64,000 bases of DNA from a phage. Shown here one piece after another: positions 1 to 10,619 of this stretch. The DNA lies in sequence record OZ335962.1. The stretch is one strand, 5' to 3'. The first letter of the stretch is position 1. Every line of letters starts with the position of its first letter. Made by a program: the position numbers and the translations under genes. The notes beneath the pieces are model-generated. The model was not told the origin of the DNA. It was given only the letters and a program-made list of their open reading frames with translations, and made no database searches.

Positions 1-16
1 ACAATAAATTTAGGCA

Positions 17-865
17 TTAATCAACTGCTATTGGATGAATAGCATTAAACTTATGAAACGCTTCTGATTTTTCTTTGCGCGAAACACACATGCGAAGAAC
101 CTTTAATGGTTCGTCTTCTTCACCCAACGATTTTCTCTTTTCAATATTCAATGTTTTCCAACGAGCTTGCTCTGGAAACTCTCTATTGATTTGCTCAAGA
201 GCTCTATTATGTTTTGAATTACTACGAATTGAACTGCACCCGCCCGGAGCCTGTGCTTTTCCAGATACAACCAGATATTTGAACAAGGCCAAATGTGGAT
301 AACCTTGATTAATTAAATTGAGAAATGCATACATATCTTCGCATAAATCAATTTTTCCATACCCAATTTGTTCTGTCGTAAGTTTTCCGAGGTCATACCA
401 AGTATTCGTGAATCCATATGAATTTTCACGATAATTACCCCAAGATGAAGTAATTTTAAAAATAGGCAGACGAGCATGACCATGATAATACCCGCAATCC
501 ATGGCATCTTCAACGTATTGAATCAATTCATAGAACTGTTCACGAGTTAATTGATTAATTTTATCTACGCAGCGACGATCATCTTTCTTTCGCATTGAAC
601 TCATACGAATAGTAGTATCATCATCAATCATCCAAATTCGTTGACCTGCATACATATCAGTAATTGCTTTACGAGTACCAGCAATTCCGTTAACATCATC
701 AGGAATAGTTATAATTTTAGCTCTAGACCCGTAAGCGTCATAATAAGCCTTTTCTTCATGTTCACGTACTACAATATGTGGTTCATAATCAGTCGGAAAC
801 ATATCAAGGGCAGAAACTGCCCCTACGCGCTGATAGCTTGGAATTACGAATTGAATCATTTCCAC
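17..865 (-). CDS. GT-A fold glycosyltransferase, probable DNA hydroxymethylcytosine-glucose glycosyltransferase
   Basis: 282-aa ORF with N-terminal VIPSYQR and IDDD (DxD) motifs typical of family-2 glycosyltransferases; occupies the position of T4 beta-gt next to gene 42 but is not the GT-B beta-gt sequence, so possibly the beta-alpha-gt type of T2/T6-like phages (inference). Confidence 0.5.
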   Translation of the reverse strand: MEMIQFVIPSYQRVGAVSALDMFPTDYEPHIVVREHEEKAYYDAYGSRAKIITIPDDVNGIAGTRKAITDMYAGQRIWMIDDDTTIRMSSMRKKDDRRCVDKINQLTREQFYELIQYVEDAMDCGYYHGHARLPIFKITSSWGNYRENSYGFTNTWYDLGKLTTEQIGYGKIDLCEDMYAFLNLINQGYPHLALFKYLVVSGKAQAPGGCSSIRSNSKHNRALEQINREFPEQARWKTLNIEKRKSLGEEDEPLKVLRMCVSRKEKSEAFHKFNAIHPIAVD

Positions 866-1596
866 TCACCGTTATAATCTTTTTTCGCAATATGAGTTTC
901 GCCAGTTTTCCACCAATGGTCAACCAAATAAAAATGACGGGAATACACATGAAGGCTTCCGACATTCCATATAATGGAACCTGCTTTATACTGACGAGTT
1001 GAATCACCTGCATTCAAATCAGATACTAATTTATCTAGTACGTATTTTTGCCATGCATAATCATTACGGAATCCGAAGACCACGTCATTTGAACGCATGC
1101 TTACTACTGCATTGACTTTCTTATCACGAATCAGGTACTGTACTGTATTCGTACACATGAAATCTGACATACCATCTTTATTGTAGTCAAACTGCATGGA
1201 TGGACGAGTATAAATCATGATACCGCGTCGAGAATCAGGATTTTGACCAAGTTCAGCTAAACACATATCATACTGGGCATAGTTATCTTCTGACCAGATG
1301 GCCCAACCATAATTCGAGTTAATTTCGCCTTTAGAAGATGCTACCTGTTGCCAAATCTTTGGTGTTTCACCTGGAATATCTTTAACAAACAGACTTTGAG
1401 ACTTATACCATTCAAGTTCACGTTGAATGTATTCATCATTAAGAGCGCCAAAAATAAAAGGTTCATCTGCTACAAATGATGCACCAATAATTTCAATAGT
1501 TTTAACACCAGTTTTATCAATTACGAAATCTTTTTCCTTTAATGCAAGACCCAAATCAAGACGGATTTCTTCAACTGTCATATAATCGTTAATCAT
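856..1596 (-). CDS. 42: dCMP hydroxymethylase
   Basis: 246 aa, same length as T4 gp42; thymidylate-synthase-like fold implied by position between imm and the glycosyltransferase. Confidence 0.8.
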   Translation of the reverse strand: MINDYMTVEEIRLDLGLALKEKDFVIDKTGVKTIEIIGASFVADEPFIFGALNDEYIQRELEWYKSQSLFVKDIPGETPKIWQQVASSKGEINSNYGWAIWSEDNYAQYDMCLAELGQNPDSRRGIMIYTRPSMQFDYNKDGMSDFMCTNTVQYLIRDKKVNAVVSMRSNDVVFGFRNDYAWQKYVLDKLVSDLNAGDSTRQYKAGSIIWNVGSLHVYSRHFYLVDHWWKTGETHIAKKDYNGEWK

Positions 1597-1749
1597 TTAA
1601 ACCTCAATTGATGCATTCATATTTAACTTGTAACAGTAATAAACCCCAACCTATAATAAGTGTCGGAATCATACAAGGAACCGTTACGCTATAGTATATA
1701 CTTATTATAATCATCAAAATTAAAAGCAATACTGCTAAAATTTTGCTTT

Positions 1750-2001
1750 TCATTCCTTCTCTCTGATGATAATTACTTGGTTTTGCTGTGCAGATTTTTT
1801 AGTTTCACCCGCAATTGACCAAATAAATGTAATAAACCAACCAATAATTGACCAATTAAACAGTAAAGATGTGAAAAAGATTCCTACTGTCGATTTTGAC
1901 CCACGCATCAAGGCGATGAACCACGGAAGCATGTATATAATAATAGCCAACACGCCTGAAACTAAAACCATAAAAATTGAACCTGCTACTAAAGTTTCCA
2001 T
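1750..2001 (-). CDS. imm: Imm superinfection immunity membrane protein
   Basis: 83 aa (T4 Imm is 83 aa), two hydrophobic helices, located just downstream of gene 43. Confidence 0.75.
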   Translation of the reverse strand: METLVAGSIFMVLVSGVLAIIIYMLPWFIALMRGSKSTVGIFFTSLLFNWSIIGWFITFIWSIAGETKKSAQQNQVIIIREKE

Positions 2002-2008
2002 GTTTTCC

Positions 2009-2389
2009 TCACTTAGTCAAATTTTTTACACATGAATTATAAGAATTCACTACATACTCCATTGGAGCATTTTTACCAGTACGCCATTGGTAATTATTAG
2101 CCCAATTAGCCCAAAGTTCGGCGCAGTAGTTTTCAATTTTTTCTTCGCGTGTAATTACATCTGAATTACGATATGCTTGAGCAGATTCATCTGGACGAAT
2201 AGCTTCGTCAAAATTCGCCTGCATTTGTTCTACTGTCTGTTTTGGAGCTTCTTTATAACATTTAACATTAGGATTATAAAATTTGCTTGAACAGTTTACA
2301 ATTTTTCCTGCATCAGACTGATTTACTATCGGTCCTTGAGCTACACATCCAGTAAGACCTAATGCAATAACCAAAATAGCGATTTTCAT
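2009..2389 (-). CDS. putative lipoprotein
   Basis: Likely start at ATG 2389 (MKIAILVIALGLTGC: signal peptide plus lipobox) preceded by GGAGAA RBS; the track ORF extends further upstream through a promoter. Confidence 0.6.
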   Translation of the reverse strand: MKIAILVIALGLTGCVAQGPIVNQSDAGKIVNCSSKFYNPNVKCYKEAPKQTVEQMQANFDEAIRPDESAQAYRNSDVITREEKIENYCAELWANWANNYQWRTGKNAPMEYVVNSYNSCVKNLTK

Positions 2390-2423
2390 TTCATTCTCCA
2401 AATTTGTATTGGTTGATAGAGTA

Positions 2424-2453
2424 ATAGTACCACAGAGGAACAGTCTTGTAAAC
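2424..2453 (-). promoter_or_regulatory. early-type sigma70 promoter
   Basis: Minus strand reads GTTTAC -35, 18-bp spacer, TGGTACTAT extended -10, A/T-rich UP element; upstream of lipoprotein gene. Confidence 0.6.
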
Positions 2454-2532
2454 AGTTTTGTGAAAAAATTTTTAATGAATTTACAGGACCTAGAATCATC
2501 TATTTTTCCTAAGTATAGATTTATATTACTTG

Positions 2533-2558
2533 TATGAAAAAGGGACCCGGAGGTCCCT
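2533..2558 (-). terminator. intrinsic terminator hairpin downstream of gene 43
   Basis: AGGGACC-CGGA-GGTCCCT stem-loop followed on the minus strand by TTTTC. Confidence 0.6.
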
Positions 2559-2570
2559 AGATTTATTCTA

Positions 2571-5267
2571 TCAGCCAAACAGGAAGTCTAACGAAGCTTT
2601 TTCCTCATAGTCCATACCTGCCGATTCACACATGCCCGCAAGAGGTTTAACAAACGATTTTTGGAACAAAGTTGAGTAGTCAATCCAAGACAGTACGTCA
2701 GAACGAATTTCTTTTGGAAGTTCTGTGCCTGATGGCCAAGCAATGCACTTGTCACCAAATGGATTTCCTTCACGTAATGGAAGAACCATTACCTTATTTC
2801 CATCCAAAATTGGAGCTACACCTAAACCACTAACAGCTCGACGATAAGTTAGCACACCACGAATATGGAACGGACATTTAAATCCTGGCCAACCTTTATC
2901 ATCATATTTCGCTATATCGTTCGCAGTTTTTACTTCAGCAATAACTTTATAGTCAAGTTGACGATATTCTTTCTCAAAGTTCTTGTAGTATTCTTGGACA
3001 GACTCTTCACCTTCCTGAAGAATACGACGAATACTTTCTTCGAGGGCTTCTTGTACTGCTTTTGGTGTTGAACTCTGCTGAGTTTCCATACCCATGATTT
3101 TTAGATGCGGTTCAGCAAATCGCTTATCTTCCATATCATAAACGTTCAGAGCATAACGTTTTTTCGCTTTCCAAAATCCACCAACACCCTTTGAACCAAG
3201 TGGAGGGCAAGAAATAGCTTCACGGTCCATATGCATCAGATGCTCGCGGTTATTCATATAATCACATAACTCACGATATGCAACATCAATCATAGGTTCC
3301 ATCTTTTTCTTACCAAACTGATTCATGAATTCAACTAAATCATTTTGTTCTTTAAAGCGGTCAAGACCTACTTTTTCAATAACTTTATCTACACAAACAT
3401 ATACCGAATCAGTATCACCTGCTGCGATGAAATCTTCACCATTAGTTCCACACACTTTATTTAGATACTCATTAATTTTACGAGCAATCCATTGAATACC
3501 AACTTGACCGAAAATTGTGATAGCAGTAGCATTTCGCAAATCATAGTAACGGAAATGAATATTACCAAGAGCACCATAAAGACTGTTAATAAGAATTTTA
3601 CGGTTCAGCTGATTTGTGTTAGCAAGCGTAGCTGCTTTTTCACATTCTTCGATCAGACTATTAAGAACAGATTCGGTGTAATTCGATAATTTGTTTAAGA
3701 AATCATCATTGAACTTAACATATCGTTCAACTTCTGGTTTAGTTGAACAAGACCCTGCACCTTTCATAATAATCTTTTTAATAGCTTCGGCATTCATTTC
3801 TTCCGCGAACATTTTCTTTTTCCAATCTTTACGCTGGAAAAATACTTTAGCGATTTCCTTTGGAATGATACCTTCTTGGTGCTTATCATACATCCATCCA
3901 TTCGGAGAGCAAGAATATTCATCACTTGGCTTAGGAGCTGTTCCTGCGATATATTCATGAATTGGATGAACTTTAAACTGCCCACGAATAGTCTCAGGAC
4001 TAATGTTAACCTGACGAATAATGCTAGGATACAGAGACGTCAAGTCAAAACTCATAATGTATCTACGGGCAATCGGTTTAGGTTCAAACACAAATGCACC
4101 TGGAAAACTCTGTTTAACGTGCGAACCTTGTTGAGGAATAACCTTATGTTCACCTTTCAGTGAGTTAAAAATAATAGCATCCCAAGTTTTAATAGGACTC
4201 ATTACACCAGAAAAAGGCATTTTAGCGTAATAAGACATACTTAAAACTAGATCGATAAACCCACGAATTTTATCAATTGCTTGAACTGATTCTACGTCAA
4301 TGATGTTATAACTAATGTATCGTTGATGATTAGTCTCACGAAGTTTATTAATAGGACCATCATATGGTAATTTACCTTTTTTGGTTTCATGTTGAGCAAC
4401 TGATTCCAAAGAGAACGATGGCAAATTAGTAAATGCGAATTTCTTGTACAAATCTAAATAATCAAGAATAGATACGCCATCAATAGAATAAATTTCTTTG
4501 CTACCGTACATATTTTGAATTAGTTTAGATTTTACTCGACCGATTGGAGAGAAGCGTTTCATACTACGTTCGCCTAGAACCATTTTAACACGGTTCATGA
4601 TATACGGAACGTCAAATCCCTCAATATTCCAACCAGTAAAAATAGCGGGTCGTTTCTGTTCCCAGAGATTAATATATTCCATGAGCATATCACGCTCATT
4701 ATCAAATGGCATATAAATTACTCGGTCAAGAATTTCTTGAGGAACTTCATCACCACCTTCGCAGTCAAGCTTAGCAGCTAACTTTGCATCCCATTTTGAT
4801 ACTGAACCGTACATTGAATTCAATAAATCAAAGACGTAAAAACGATCGTCAATTGAATCATAATGAGTGATAGCATCAATTTCATATTCTGCTTTCATTG
4901 GGTCAGGAAATTTATCGCCAGTAACCTCAATGTCACAGTTAGCCACACGAACAAATTTTCGGTCATAAACAATTTCTGAACCATATGTATCACTGATATA
5001 AGCGAGTTTAAAATCGTTCATACCGAGAGCTTCGAGACCGATGTCTTCCATTCGCTTCATCCAGTCTCGCGCATCTTTCATTGATGGAAATTTTTGAGGA
5101 GCGCAATTTTTACCATAAATGTCTTTGTATTTTGACTCTTCCTTACAATGCCTAAACATAGTCGGAAGATATTCTACTTCACGGGTACGTTCCTTTCCAT
5201 TTTCATCAATATAACGCTCAACAATATTATTTCCGACTGTTTCGATAGAGATATAAAATTCTTTCAT
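2571..5267 (-). CDS. 43: DNA polymerase (family B)
   Basis: 898 aa, near-identical to recalled T4 gp43 (MKEFYISIETVGNNIVERY...; exonuclease and polymerase motifs including YGDTDS). Confidence 0.97.
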   Translation of the reverse strand: MKEFYISIETVGNNIVERYIDENGKERTREVEYLPTMFRHCKEESKYKDIYGKNCAPQKFPSMKDARDWMKRMEDIGLEALGMNDFKLAYISDTYGSEIVYDRKFVRVANCDIEVTGDKFPDPMKAEYEIDAITHYDSIDDRFYVFDLLNSMYGSVSKWDAKLAAKLDCEGGDEVPQEILDRVIYMPFDNERDMLMEYINLWEQKRPAIFTGWNIEGFDVPYIMNRVKMVLGERSMKRFSPIGRVKSKLIQNMYGSKEIYSIDGVSILDYLDLYKKFAFTNLPSFSLESVAQHETKKGKLPYDGPINKLRETNHQRYISYNIIDVESVQAIDKIRGFIDLVLSMSYYAKMPFSGVMSPIKTWDAIIFNSLKGEHKVIPQQGSHVKQSFPGAFVFEPKPIARRYIMSFDLTSLYPSIIRQVNISPETIRGQFKVHPIHEYIAGTAPKPSDEYSCSPNGWMYDKHQEGIIPKEIAKVFFQRKDWKKKMFAEEMNAEAIKKIIMKGAGSCSTKPEVERYVKFNDDFLNKLSNYTESVLNSLIEECEKAATLANTNQLNRKILINSLYGALGNIHFRYYDLRNATAITIFGQVGIQWIARKINEYLNKVCGTNGEDFIAAGDTDSVYVCVDKVIEKVGLDRFKEQNDLVEFMNQFGKKKMEPMIDVAYRELCDYMNNREHLMHMDREAISCPPLGSKGVGGFWKAKKRYALNVYDMEDKRFAEPHLKIMGMETQQSSTPKAVQEALEESIRRILQEGEESVQEYYKNFEKEYRQLDYKVIAEVKTANDIAKYDDKGWPGFKCPFHIRGVLTYRRAVSGLGVAPILDGNKVMVLPLREGNPFGDKCIAWPSGTELPKEIRSDVLSWIDYSTLFQKSFVKPLAGMCESAGMDYEEKASLDFLFG

Positions 5268-5317
5268 AGATATTCCTTAGTTTATAGCCCGAGTTATTAG
5301 GCTCTTGATATATTATA

Positions 5318-5341
5318 CTCCAAATAAGGGGCCGAAGCCCC
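5318..5341 (-). terminator. terminator-like hairpin between regA and 43
   Basis: GGGGC-UUCG-GCCCC tetraloop hairpin followed by TTATTT. Confidence 0.55.
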
Positions 5342-5345
5342 TTGC

Positions 5346-5714
5346 TTAATTACCAATCGTATATTTTGGAACGAGTTTCCATTCATGTTTTTGTTTAAAA
5401 GAAATAACTCGGAAGTTATTGGTTAAATCTTTCATAAAAGTTCTTTGACCAGGAACGATTTCAATCAGTCCCCAATCTTCTAACAGCCACGCAATCGAAT
5501 CACGGCGAACTTCATCTTCTTCTGTCATTTCAACCTGGCGACCATCCATACGAAGCATTTCTTTAAAATGAACGATATAGTATAGTCCTTTTTTCTGAAG
5601 AATATGGCAGGACTGATACAGAACTTTATCTTTATTATTAGCAATTCCCATACGAGTCAAGGTTTCTTTTACTTTCAGAAAATCTTCAGGTTTTTTAAGA
5701 GTAATTTCAATCAT
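5346..5714 (-). CDS. regA: RegA translational repressor of early genes
   Basis: 122 aa as in T4 RegA; position between 62 and 43. Confidence 0.9.
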   Translation of the reverse strand: MIEITLKKPEDFLKVKETLTRMGIANNKDKVLYQSCHILQKKGLYYIVHFKEMLRMDGRQVEMTEEDEVRRDSIAWLLEDWGLIEIVPGQRTFMKDLTNNFRVISFKQKHEWKLVPKYTIGN

Positions 5715-5715
5715 T

Positions 5716-6279
5716 TTACCATTCCAATGCTAGTTTTTTGAGTTGTTTCTGTTCTTTTACGTTCTTAGTCACTTCTTTCAAAAAATCATCCGTGACTAAA
5801 CCTTTTAGTTCTTTTAATACTAAAGGAAGTTTTCCATTTTTAGTAAGAATTGATTTATAGTTAATTGCATCATTTGTATTAACTTGATACCGCTTAGCAA
5901 GTAACTTAATAATCAATACTTCGGTAGAATCTTCGACCAGTTTTGCCCATTTACCGTATCTTTTACCCCGAGGAACGGCAGCCATCAGATAATTAAAATG
6001 GGCTTCATCGCTTAAACCTGATCCAATTAAATTCATCGCATATACAGCTGGCATGCATTCAGGAAATTGTGATAATGCATTCTCAACCATGTATTTTGAA
6101 TAATCTTTTTGAGCAATAGAGCATTTAGTTTTATTATTAATAGCTCCAATTATTTCAAAAAATTCATTTTCAGCTTTTTCCTTAAAAGAATCAGCAGCAG
6201 ATTGGACAGCTGTCCAATCTTTTGAATACCAAGCAACTTGATGCTCGTTTAATTGAATATCATCTTCAAATAAGCTCAT
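5716..6279 (-). CDS. 62: clamp loader small subunit
   Basis: 187 aa as in T4 gp62; adjacent to gene 44. Confidence 0.9.
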   Translation of the reverse strand: MSLFEDDIQLNEHQVAWYSKDWTAVQSAADSFKEKAENEFFEIIGAINNKTKCSIAQKDYSKYMVENALSQFPECMPAVYAMNLIGSGLSDEAHFNYLMAAVPRGKRYGKWAKLVEDSTEVLIIKLLAKRYQVNTNDAINYKSILTKNGKLPLVLKELKGLVTDDFLKEVTKNVKEQKQLKKLALEW

Positions 6280-6280
6280 A

Positions 6281-7240
6281 TCACTTCCACTGCATTTCGC
6301 ATGCTAATTGAATGAAAAGATATGCTAAATGTAATTCAGTATTAGCCGCAATTCCATGATACTGGTTATTTTCACCAACAATTTCATACATACGAATAAT
6401 ACTTTGCGGAGTTACGCGTGTATAGATTTCTTCGGCAAGTTTACCTACGAACCACGAATAATCAGCTGCATATTTTGGTGCTAAAGCTCTGAGCTGTTTA
6501 ACATCTTTATTTTTGAGAGATTCAAGAACATCATCAATAGCACCACGATCGTTAGTAACCAGTGATAAAATACCAGCATCCAAAACACCTTTAGATGAAT
6601 AACTATCGAGCTCACCAATAGTTTTACGAAAATCAGGAAAATTCTTTTTAACTAAAGCTGCTACAACTTTCATATCAGCTATAGCAATTCCTTCATGCTT
6701 ACAGATTTCAGTCAATCGACGAATCATCTGCTTCATCATTTCAATTTTATCTTCATCGGTCGGTTGACCGAACGTAATAACTCGGCAGCGTGACTGAAGC
6801 GGTTTAATAATACCATCAATATTGTTAGCAGTAATAATAATACTACAGTTTGAACTATAAGCTTCCATAAAGGAACGAAGATGCCGCTGAGACTCTGCTA
6901 ACCCTGAACGGTCAAATTCATCAATAACGATTACTTTTTGACGACCATCAAATGAAGCTGCGCTAGCAAAATTAGTCAAAGGACCACGAACGAAATCAAT
7001 TTTACAATCTGACCCATTTACAAACATCATATCAGCATTTACATCATGACACAATGCTTTTGCTACAGTTGTTTTACCTGTTCCTGGAGAAGGAGAATGA
7101 AGAATAATATGTGGAATCTTACCTTTACTTGTAATAGATTTAAAGGTTTCTTTATCAAAGGCGGGAAGAATACATTCATCGATAGTAGATGGACGATATT
7201 TCTGTTCAAGAATGTGTTCTTTTTCATTTACAGTAATCAT
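6281..7240 (-). CDS. 44: clamp loader ATPase subunit
   Basis: Matches recalled T4 gp44 ([22 protein letters not shown]..., Walker A GTGKTT); likely start at ATG 7240 after GAGGAA RBS giving 319 aa, the track ORF starts 5 codons earlier. Confidence 0.93.
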   Translation of the reverse strand: MITVNEKEHILEQKYRPSTIDECILPAFDKETFKSITSKGKIPHIILHSPSPGTGKTTVAKALCHDVNADMMFVNGSDCKIDFVRGPLTNFASAASFDGRQKVIVIDEFDRSGLAESQRHLRSFMEAYSSNCSIIITANNIDGIIKPLQSRCRVITFGQPTDEDKIEMMKQMIRRLTEICKHEGIAIADMKVVAALVKKNFPDFRKTIGELDSYSSKGVLDAGILSLVTNDRGAIDDVLESLKNKDVKQLRALAPKYAADYSWFVGKLAEEIYTRVTPQSIIRMYEIVGENNQYHGIAANTELHLAYLFIQLACEMQWK

Positions 7241-7272
7241 AATTTCCTCATTCAAGTTTTAGTGTAAATTAT

Positions 7273-7290
7273 AAAGGGCCGAAGCCCTTT
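7273..7290 (-). terminator. hairpin between genes 45 and 44
   Basis: Palindromic AAAGGGC-CGAA-GCCCTTT; could function on either strand. Confidence 0.5.
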
Positions 7291-7291
7291 A

Positions 7292-7978
7292 TTAAAAATC
7301 GTGGGTAGAATCAGCTTCAAGAGCTACTACATAATTCGCATGTTCACCTTCAAATTTAGCAGCACCTTGTTTACCTTTTGCCCAGAGCAGAAGTTTATAA
7401 TTTCCTGGTTGCATTTTCATATTTGCCATATTGATAATGAAATTAAATGTATTTTCACCATCATAATCACCAAGAGTCAAAGAATATTTAACACGGGTCA
7501 AAGCAGAATCTTCTACTTTGTTAAAACCGTTAATTACGATTTTACCTTCTTTTACTGTGATAGCAATTGTATCAATCTGCAGACCACGAGATACACGCAA
7601 CAGCTGTTGAAGGTCTTCAGCTTTAATTTCGGTAACAACAGATGCTACCGGGAATGGAATTGGTTTATTAGGAGCAACTACTGTACTTGGATCGGCTGCT
7701 GGCCAAAAAATTGTTGAACGAGCATCAGCAATTTTAATATTTCCATCTTCTGACTGGGAAATTTCTGCATCGTCATTAACTAGGGACAGAATACCGAGAA
7801 AACCGTTCAAATCGTAAATTGCTACATCAAAATCAATAGTGTCAGAAATATTTGCTTCTGCATAAGTTGTACCATTAACTGCGCGAGTCATAATAAATTG
7901 ACCAGATTTAAGCATAATACCAGAGTTAATAGTAGCGAAATTTTTAAGCAGAGCAGTAGTATCTTTAGACAGTTTCAT
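7292..7978 (-). CDS. 45: sliding clamp processivity factor
   Basis: 228 aa, matches recalled T4 gp45 sequence. Confidence 0.95.
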   Translation of the reverse strand: MKLSKDTTALLKNFATINSGIMLKSGQFIMTRAVNGTTYAEANISDTIDFDVAIYDLNGFLGILSLVNDDAEISQSEDGNIKIADARSTIFWPAADPSTVVAPNKPIPFPVASVVTEIKAEDLQQLLRVSRGLQIDTIAITVKEGKIVINGFNKVEDSALTRVKYSLTLGDYDGENTFNFIINMANMKMQPGNYKLLLWAKGKQGAAKFEGEHANYVVALEADSTHDF

Positions 7979-8008
7979 GTAATTTCCTTCAATTCAAATG
8001 AGATTTAA

Positions 8009-8033
8009 TTTTATAACTAATTTAATAAAGCAA
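8009..8033 (-). promoter_or_regulatory. possible MotA-dependent middle promoter of gene 45
   Basis: Minus strand TTGCTTTA (MotA box) followed about 11 bp later by TATAAAAT; T4 gene 45 is known to have a middle promoter. Confidence 0.45.
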
Positions 8034-8423
8034 TTAACGATTAAAATCGGCAGCAATTGTTTCCGCAACAATTTGAGCAGCGACAATTAGGCGTTCATCT
8101 GCATTACCACAATAATCATCTTCAAGACGTTCACCGCATGAAGTCATAATAAATTTAGCACCAGCATTTAAAGATTCTGTCGTATGTTTGCGCATTAGTT
8201 CAATCCATTTATTGCTTACTTCACGATCGATAGCTTCATAATACGCATGACGAGCAGGTGCAGATTTAATTTTATTCTGAATAACTTCCATCGCGTTATC
8301 AGAAAGAGACAAAACCCATGCTCGACGAATTTTATTTTGATTTTGTGGATTTGATTCAGAACGCACGTGTTTTGGCTGAATATCTTTTACATCAACAGTA
8401 TAATTCACAGTAATTTTAGTCAT
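8034..8423 (-). CDS. rpbA: RNA polymerase binding protein RpbA
   Basis: 129 aa, position between 45 and 46 as in T4. Confidence 0.75.
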
Positions 8424-8432
8424 AATACACCT

Positions 8433-8621
8433 TTAGTCATAATAATCAGTAACAGTCCAAGCTTCATTTCTGTTGGACATTATTTTCGTATATTCTGCTT
8501 TAAATGCATTCTTAAGCATAGATTCAGTAACTATATGCTCTTCATTAGAAAAATTATTTCTCAGAATATATCGTTTTATTTCAGGAATAGTTAATAGATG
8601 CTGTCCAGTTGAATATTCCAT
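8433..8621 (-). CDS. hypothetical protein (45.2-like)
   Basis: 62-aa ORF in T4 45.2 position. Confidence 0.55.
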   Translation of the reverse strand: MEYSTGQHLLTIPEIKRYILRNNFSNEEHIVTESMLKNAFKAEYTKIMSNRNEAWTVTDYYD

Positions 8622-8676
8622 GTTTTTCCTCCATAGAGATTATACTCTAATAAATTAAAGCATAATCTCTTATAAA

Positions 8677-10359
8677 TTAAACCATTACAGTAAATCGACC
8701 AACTTTCTTCATTTGAAGATGCTGACCATATGCTTGTGGGTCGTGGTCTCTATGTGAAATAACAAAAACATTAGTATTTTTTAAACTATCTAAAATAGTT
8801 GAAATAGCTTTTACACCTTCAACGTCTGTTGCTGAATCAAAAACTTCATCAAGAATTAACGTGTTTATTTTAACACCTGAAACTTTTTCAGCAATATCAC
8901 GCCAAGTAAATAAAAGAGCAATATCAATTCGTGCTTTTTCGCCTTGACTGAATGAAGCATAACTAAAATCTTCACGACCACGGGATTTAATTGTCTCATT
9001 AAATTCTTCATCTAATGTAAACACATAATCCGCTTCCATTATTTTAAGATAATGATTAATCTGCTTATTAAATAACGGAATGTACTTTTTAATAATAGCA
9101 CCTTTAATACCAGAATCTTTGAGCATATCAGTCAAAATTCCTCTGTGGTATTTTTCCATTACTAAATTAGTTTTTGTCTTAACAATTTTATCAAGTTCTT
9201 CTTGAAGCAGTGCTATTTCATCAGCATGGTCAATAAACTCGGATGATGCTTTTTCTATAGCCGCTTTAACTTTTTTAGCTTTATCTACCGTCGTGATTAG
9301 AGATTGCTTTTTATTGCGAATATCATTCGCCAACGTCTGCTGGGTTTTAATATTATCTCGGTATTCATCAACAAGAACTTTTAAATTATCACGATGTGTT
9401 GAAAGCTGTTCGAACGAATGTGTGCATTCAGAAACTTTATCTTTAATTTTAGAAACAACTTTATCACCGGAACTTAATTGTGACAAACAGGTTGGACATA
9501 ATCCACCTTCGTGATACATATTAATGACTTTATTATACGAGTCAATTTTTGATTTAATTAAAAATGCTTCTTGACCGATTTTATTAAATGCATCAGTCGG
9601 GTCTTCATCCAAAACAATATTAACTAATCTTTCATTAGCTTCTTCTATTTCCGATTTTAACGTTCTAGCTTCTTTTGCCAAATCATCATACATATTCTGC
9701 AGACGAGTAAGGTTATCACCAGTTAATTTTTTCTGGCGTTCAACGTTATCATTATATATTTTAATTTGCTGGATAATACTATCTTTTTTAACATCAAGCA
9801 CTTGGTTTTGTGAATTTAATTCACGTATTAGTGCTTTATTAAGCTTATCCATTTCAGCTAATGTTCCTACCTCGAGTAGGTCTTCGACGAGTTTTCTTCT
9901 TGCAGGAGTGGATAAGCCCATAAAAGGGGTATATCCAGCCGTGCCGAGTACGACGATCTGTTTGAAACTGGCGTATGACATTCCGATAAGCTGTTCAAAT
10001 TCTGCTTGGAAATCTTTACTGCTGGCAGATTCATTAAGACGTGTACCGTTAACGGTGATTTCGAAAACATTCGGTTTTTGTCCTCTTTTGATATAGTACT
10101 TTTTCTCATCATATTCCATCCACAGTTCAACTAAAAGTTCTTTCTTATTTGTGCTGTTTATTAATTGACCTTTCTTTACATCACGAAATGGCTTGCCAAA
10201 AAGCCCAAATGTGATGGCTTCTAACATAGTAGACTTACCACCGCCATTTCGTCCAGTAATAAGAGTTTTTTGAACCTTATCTAGTTGAATGTCAATAGGA
10301 TTTCCACCTACTGACATTATATTTTGATACCTAACTCGGTTTAGTTTAAAATTCTTCAC
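8677..10359 (-). CDS. 46: recombination endonuclease subunit, SbcC/Rad50-like ATPase
   Basis: 560 aa as in T4 gp46; Walker A GRNGGGKST, long coiled-coil, C-terminal signature and D-loop. Confidence 0.92.
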   Translation of the reverse strand: MKNFKLNRVRYQNIMSVGGNPIDIQLDKVQKTLITGRNGGGKSTMLEAITFGLFGKPFRDVKKGQLINSTNKKELLVELWMEYDEKKYYIKRGQKPNVFEITVNGTRLNESASSKDFQAEFEQLIGMSYASFKQIVVLGTAGYTPFMGLSTPARRKLVEDLLEVGTLAEMDKLNKALIRELNSQNQVLDVKKDSIIQQIKIYNDNVERQKKLTGDNLTRLQNMYDDLAKEARTLKSEIEEANERLVNIVLDEDPTDAFNKIGQEAFLIKSKIDSYNKVINMYHEGGLCPTCLSQLSSGDKVVSKIKDKVSECTHSFEQLSTHRDNLKVLVDEYRDNIKTQQTLANDIRNKKQSLITTVDKAKKVKAAIEKASSEFIDHADEIALLQEELDKIVKTKTNLVMEKYHRGILTDMLKDSGIKGAIIKKYIPLFNKQINHYLKIMEADYVFTLDEEFNETIKSRGREDFSYASFSQGEKARIDIALLFTWRDIAEKVSGVKINTLILDEVFDSATDVEGVKAISTILDSLKNTNVFVISHRDHDPQAYGQHLQMKKVGRFTVMV

Positions 10360-10619
10360 AAAAGATTCCTTTTAATGTATCTTTTAGACCATTCTATCAT
10401 ATCATCATAATCTAAAAAGTATTCATCAAATTCAGCCATGCAAACAACACCTTGCGCTGCTTTTGATGTGATATAAATTATTCCAACATATCTAGAATCT
10501 TCTTCGGTGTAATCAATATTTGCTATGAATTCATCGTTAATGTCAAATGTCGAAAACTTCACAGTATGCATCCTTAATACAAGATACAGCCATATCTTGT
10601 AATGATTTAGGTGTGTCAT
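10356..10619 (-). CDS. hypothetical protein (46.1-like)
   Basis: 87-aa ORF between 46 and 47; start uncertain. Confidence 0.45.
   Translation of the reverse strand: MTHLNHYKIWLYLVLRMHTVKFSTFDINDEFIANIDYTEEDSRYVGIIYITSKAAQGVVCMAEFDEYFLDYDDMIEWSKRYIKRNLL

Noticed and set aside
75-302. Plus-strand ORF (75 aa) inside the glycosyltransferase gene
   Set aside because: Antisense to a well-supported minus-strand gene, cysteine- and serine-rich low-complexity translation, no RBS; likely spurious. The same applies to other plus-strand track ORFs between 1 and 52,100 (for example 641-877, 3492-4163, 7046-7717, 9293-9514, 14315-14512, 18011-18235, 28410-28649, 29653-29994, 37894-38283, 41317-41574).
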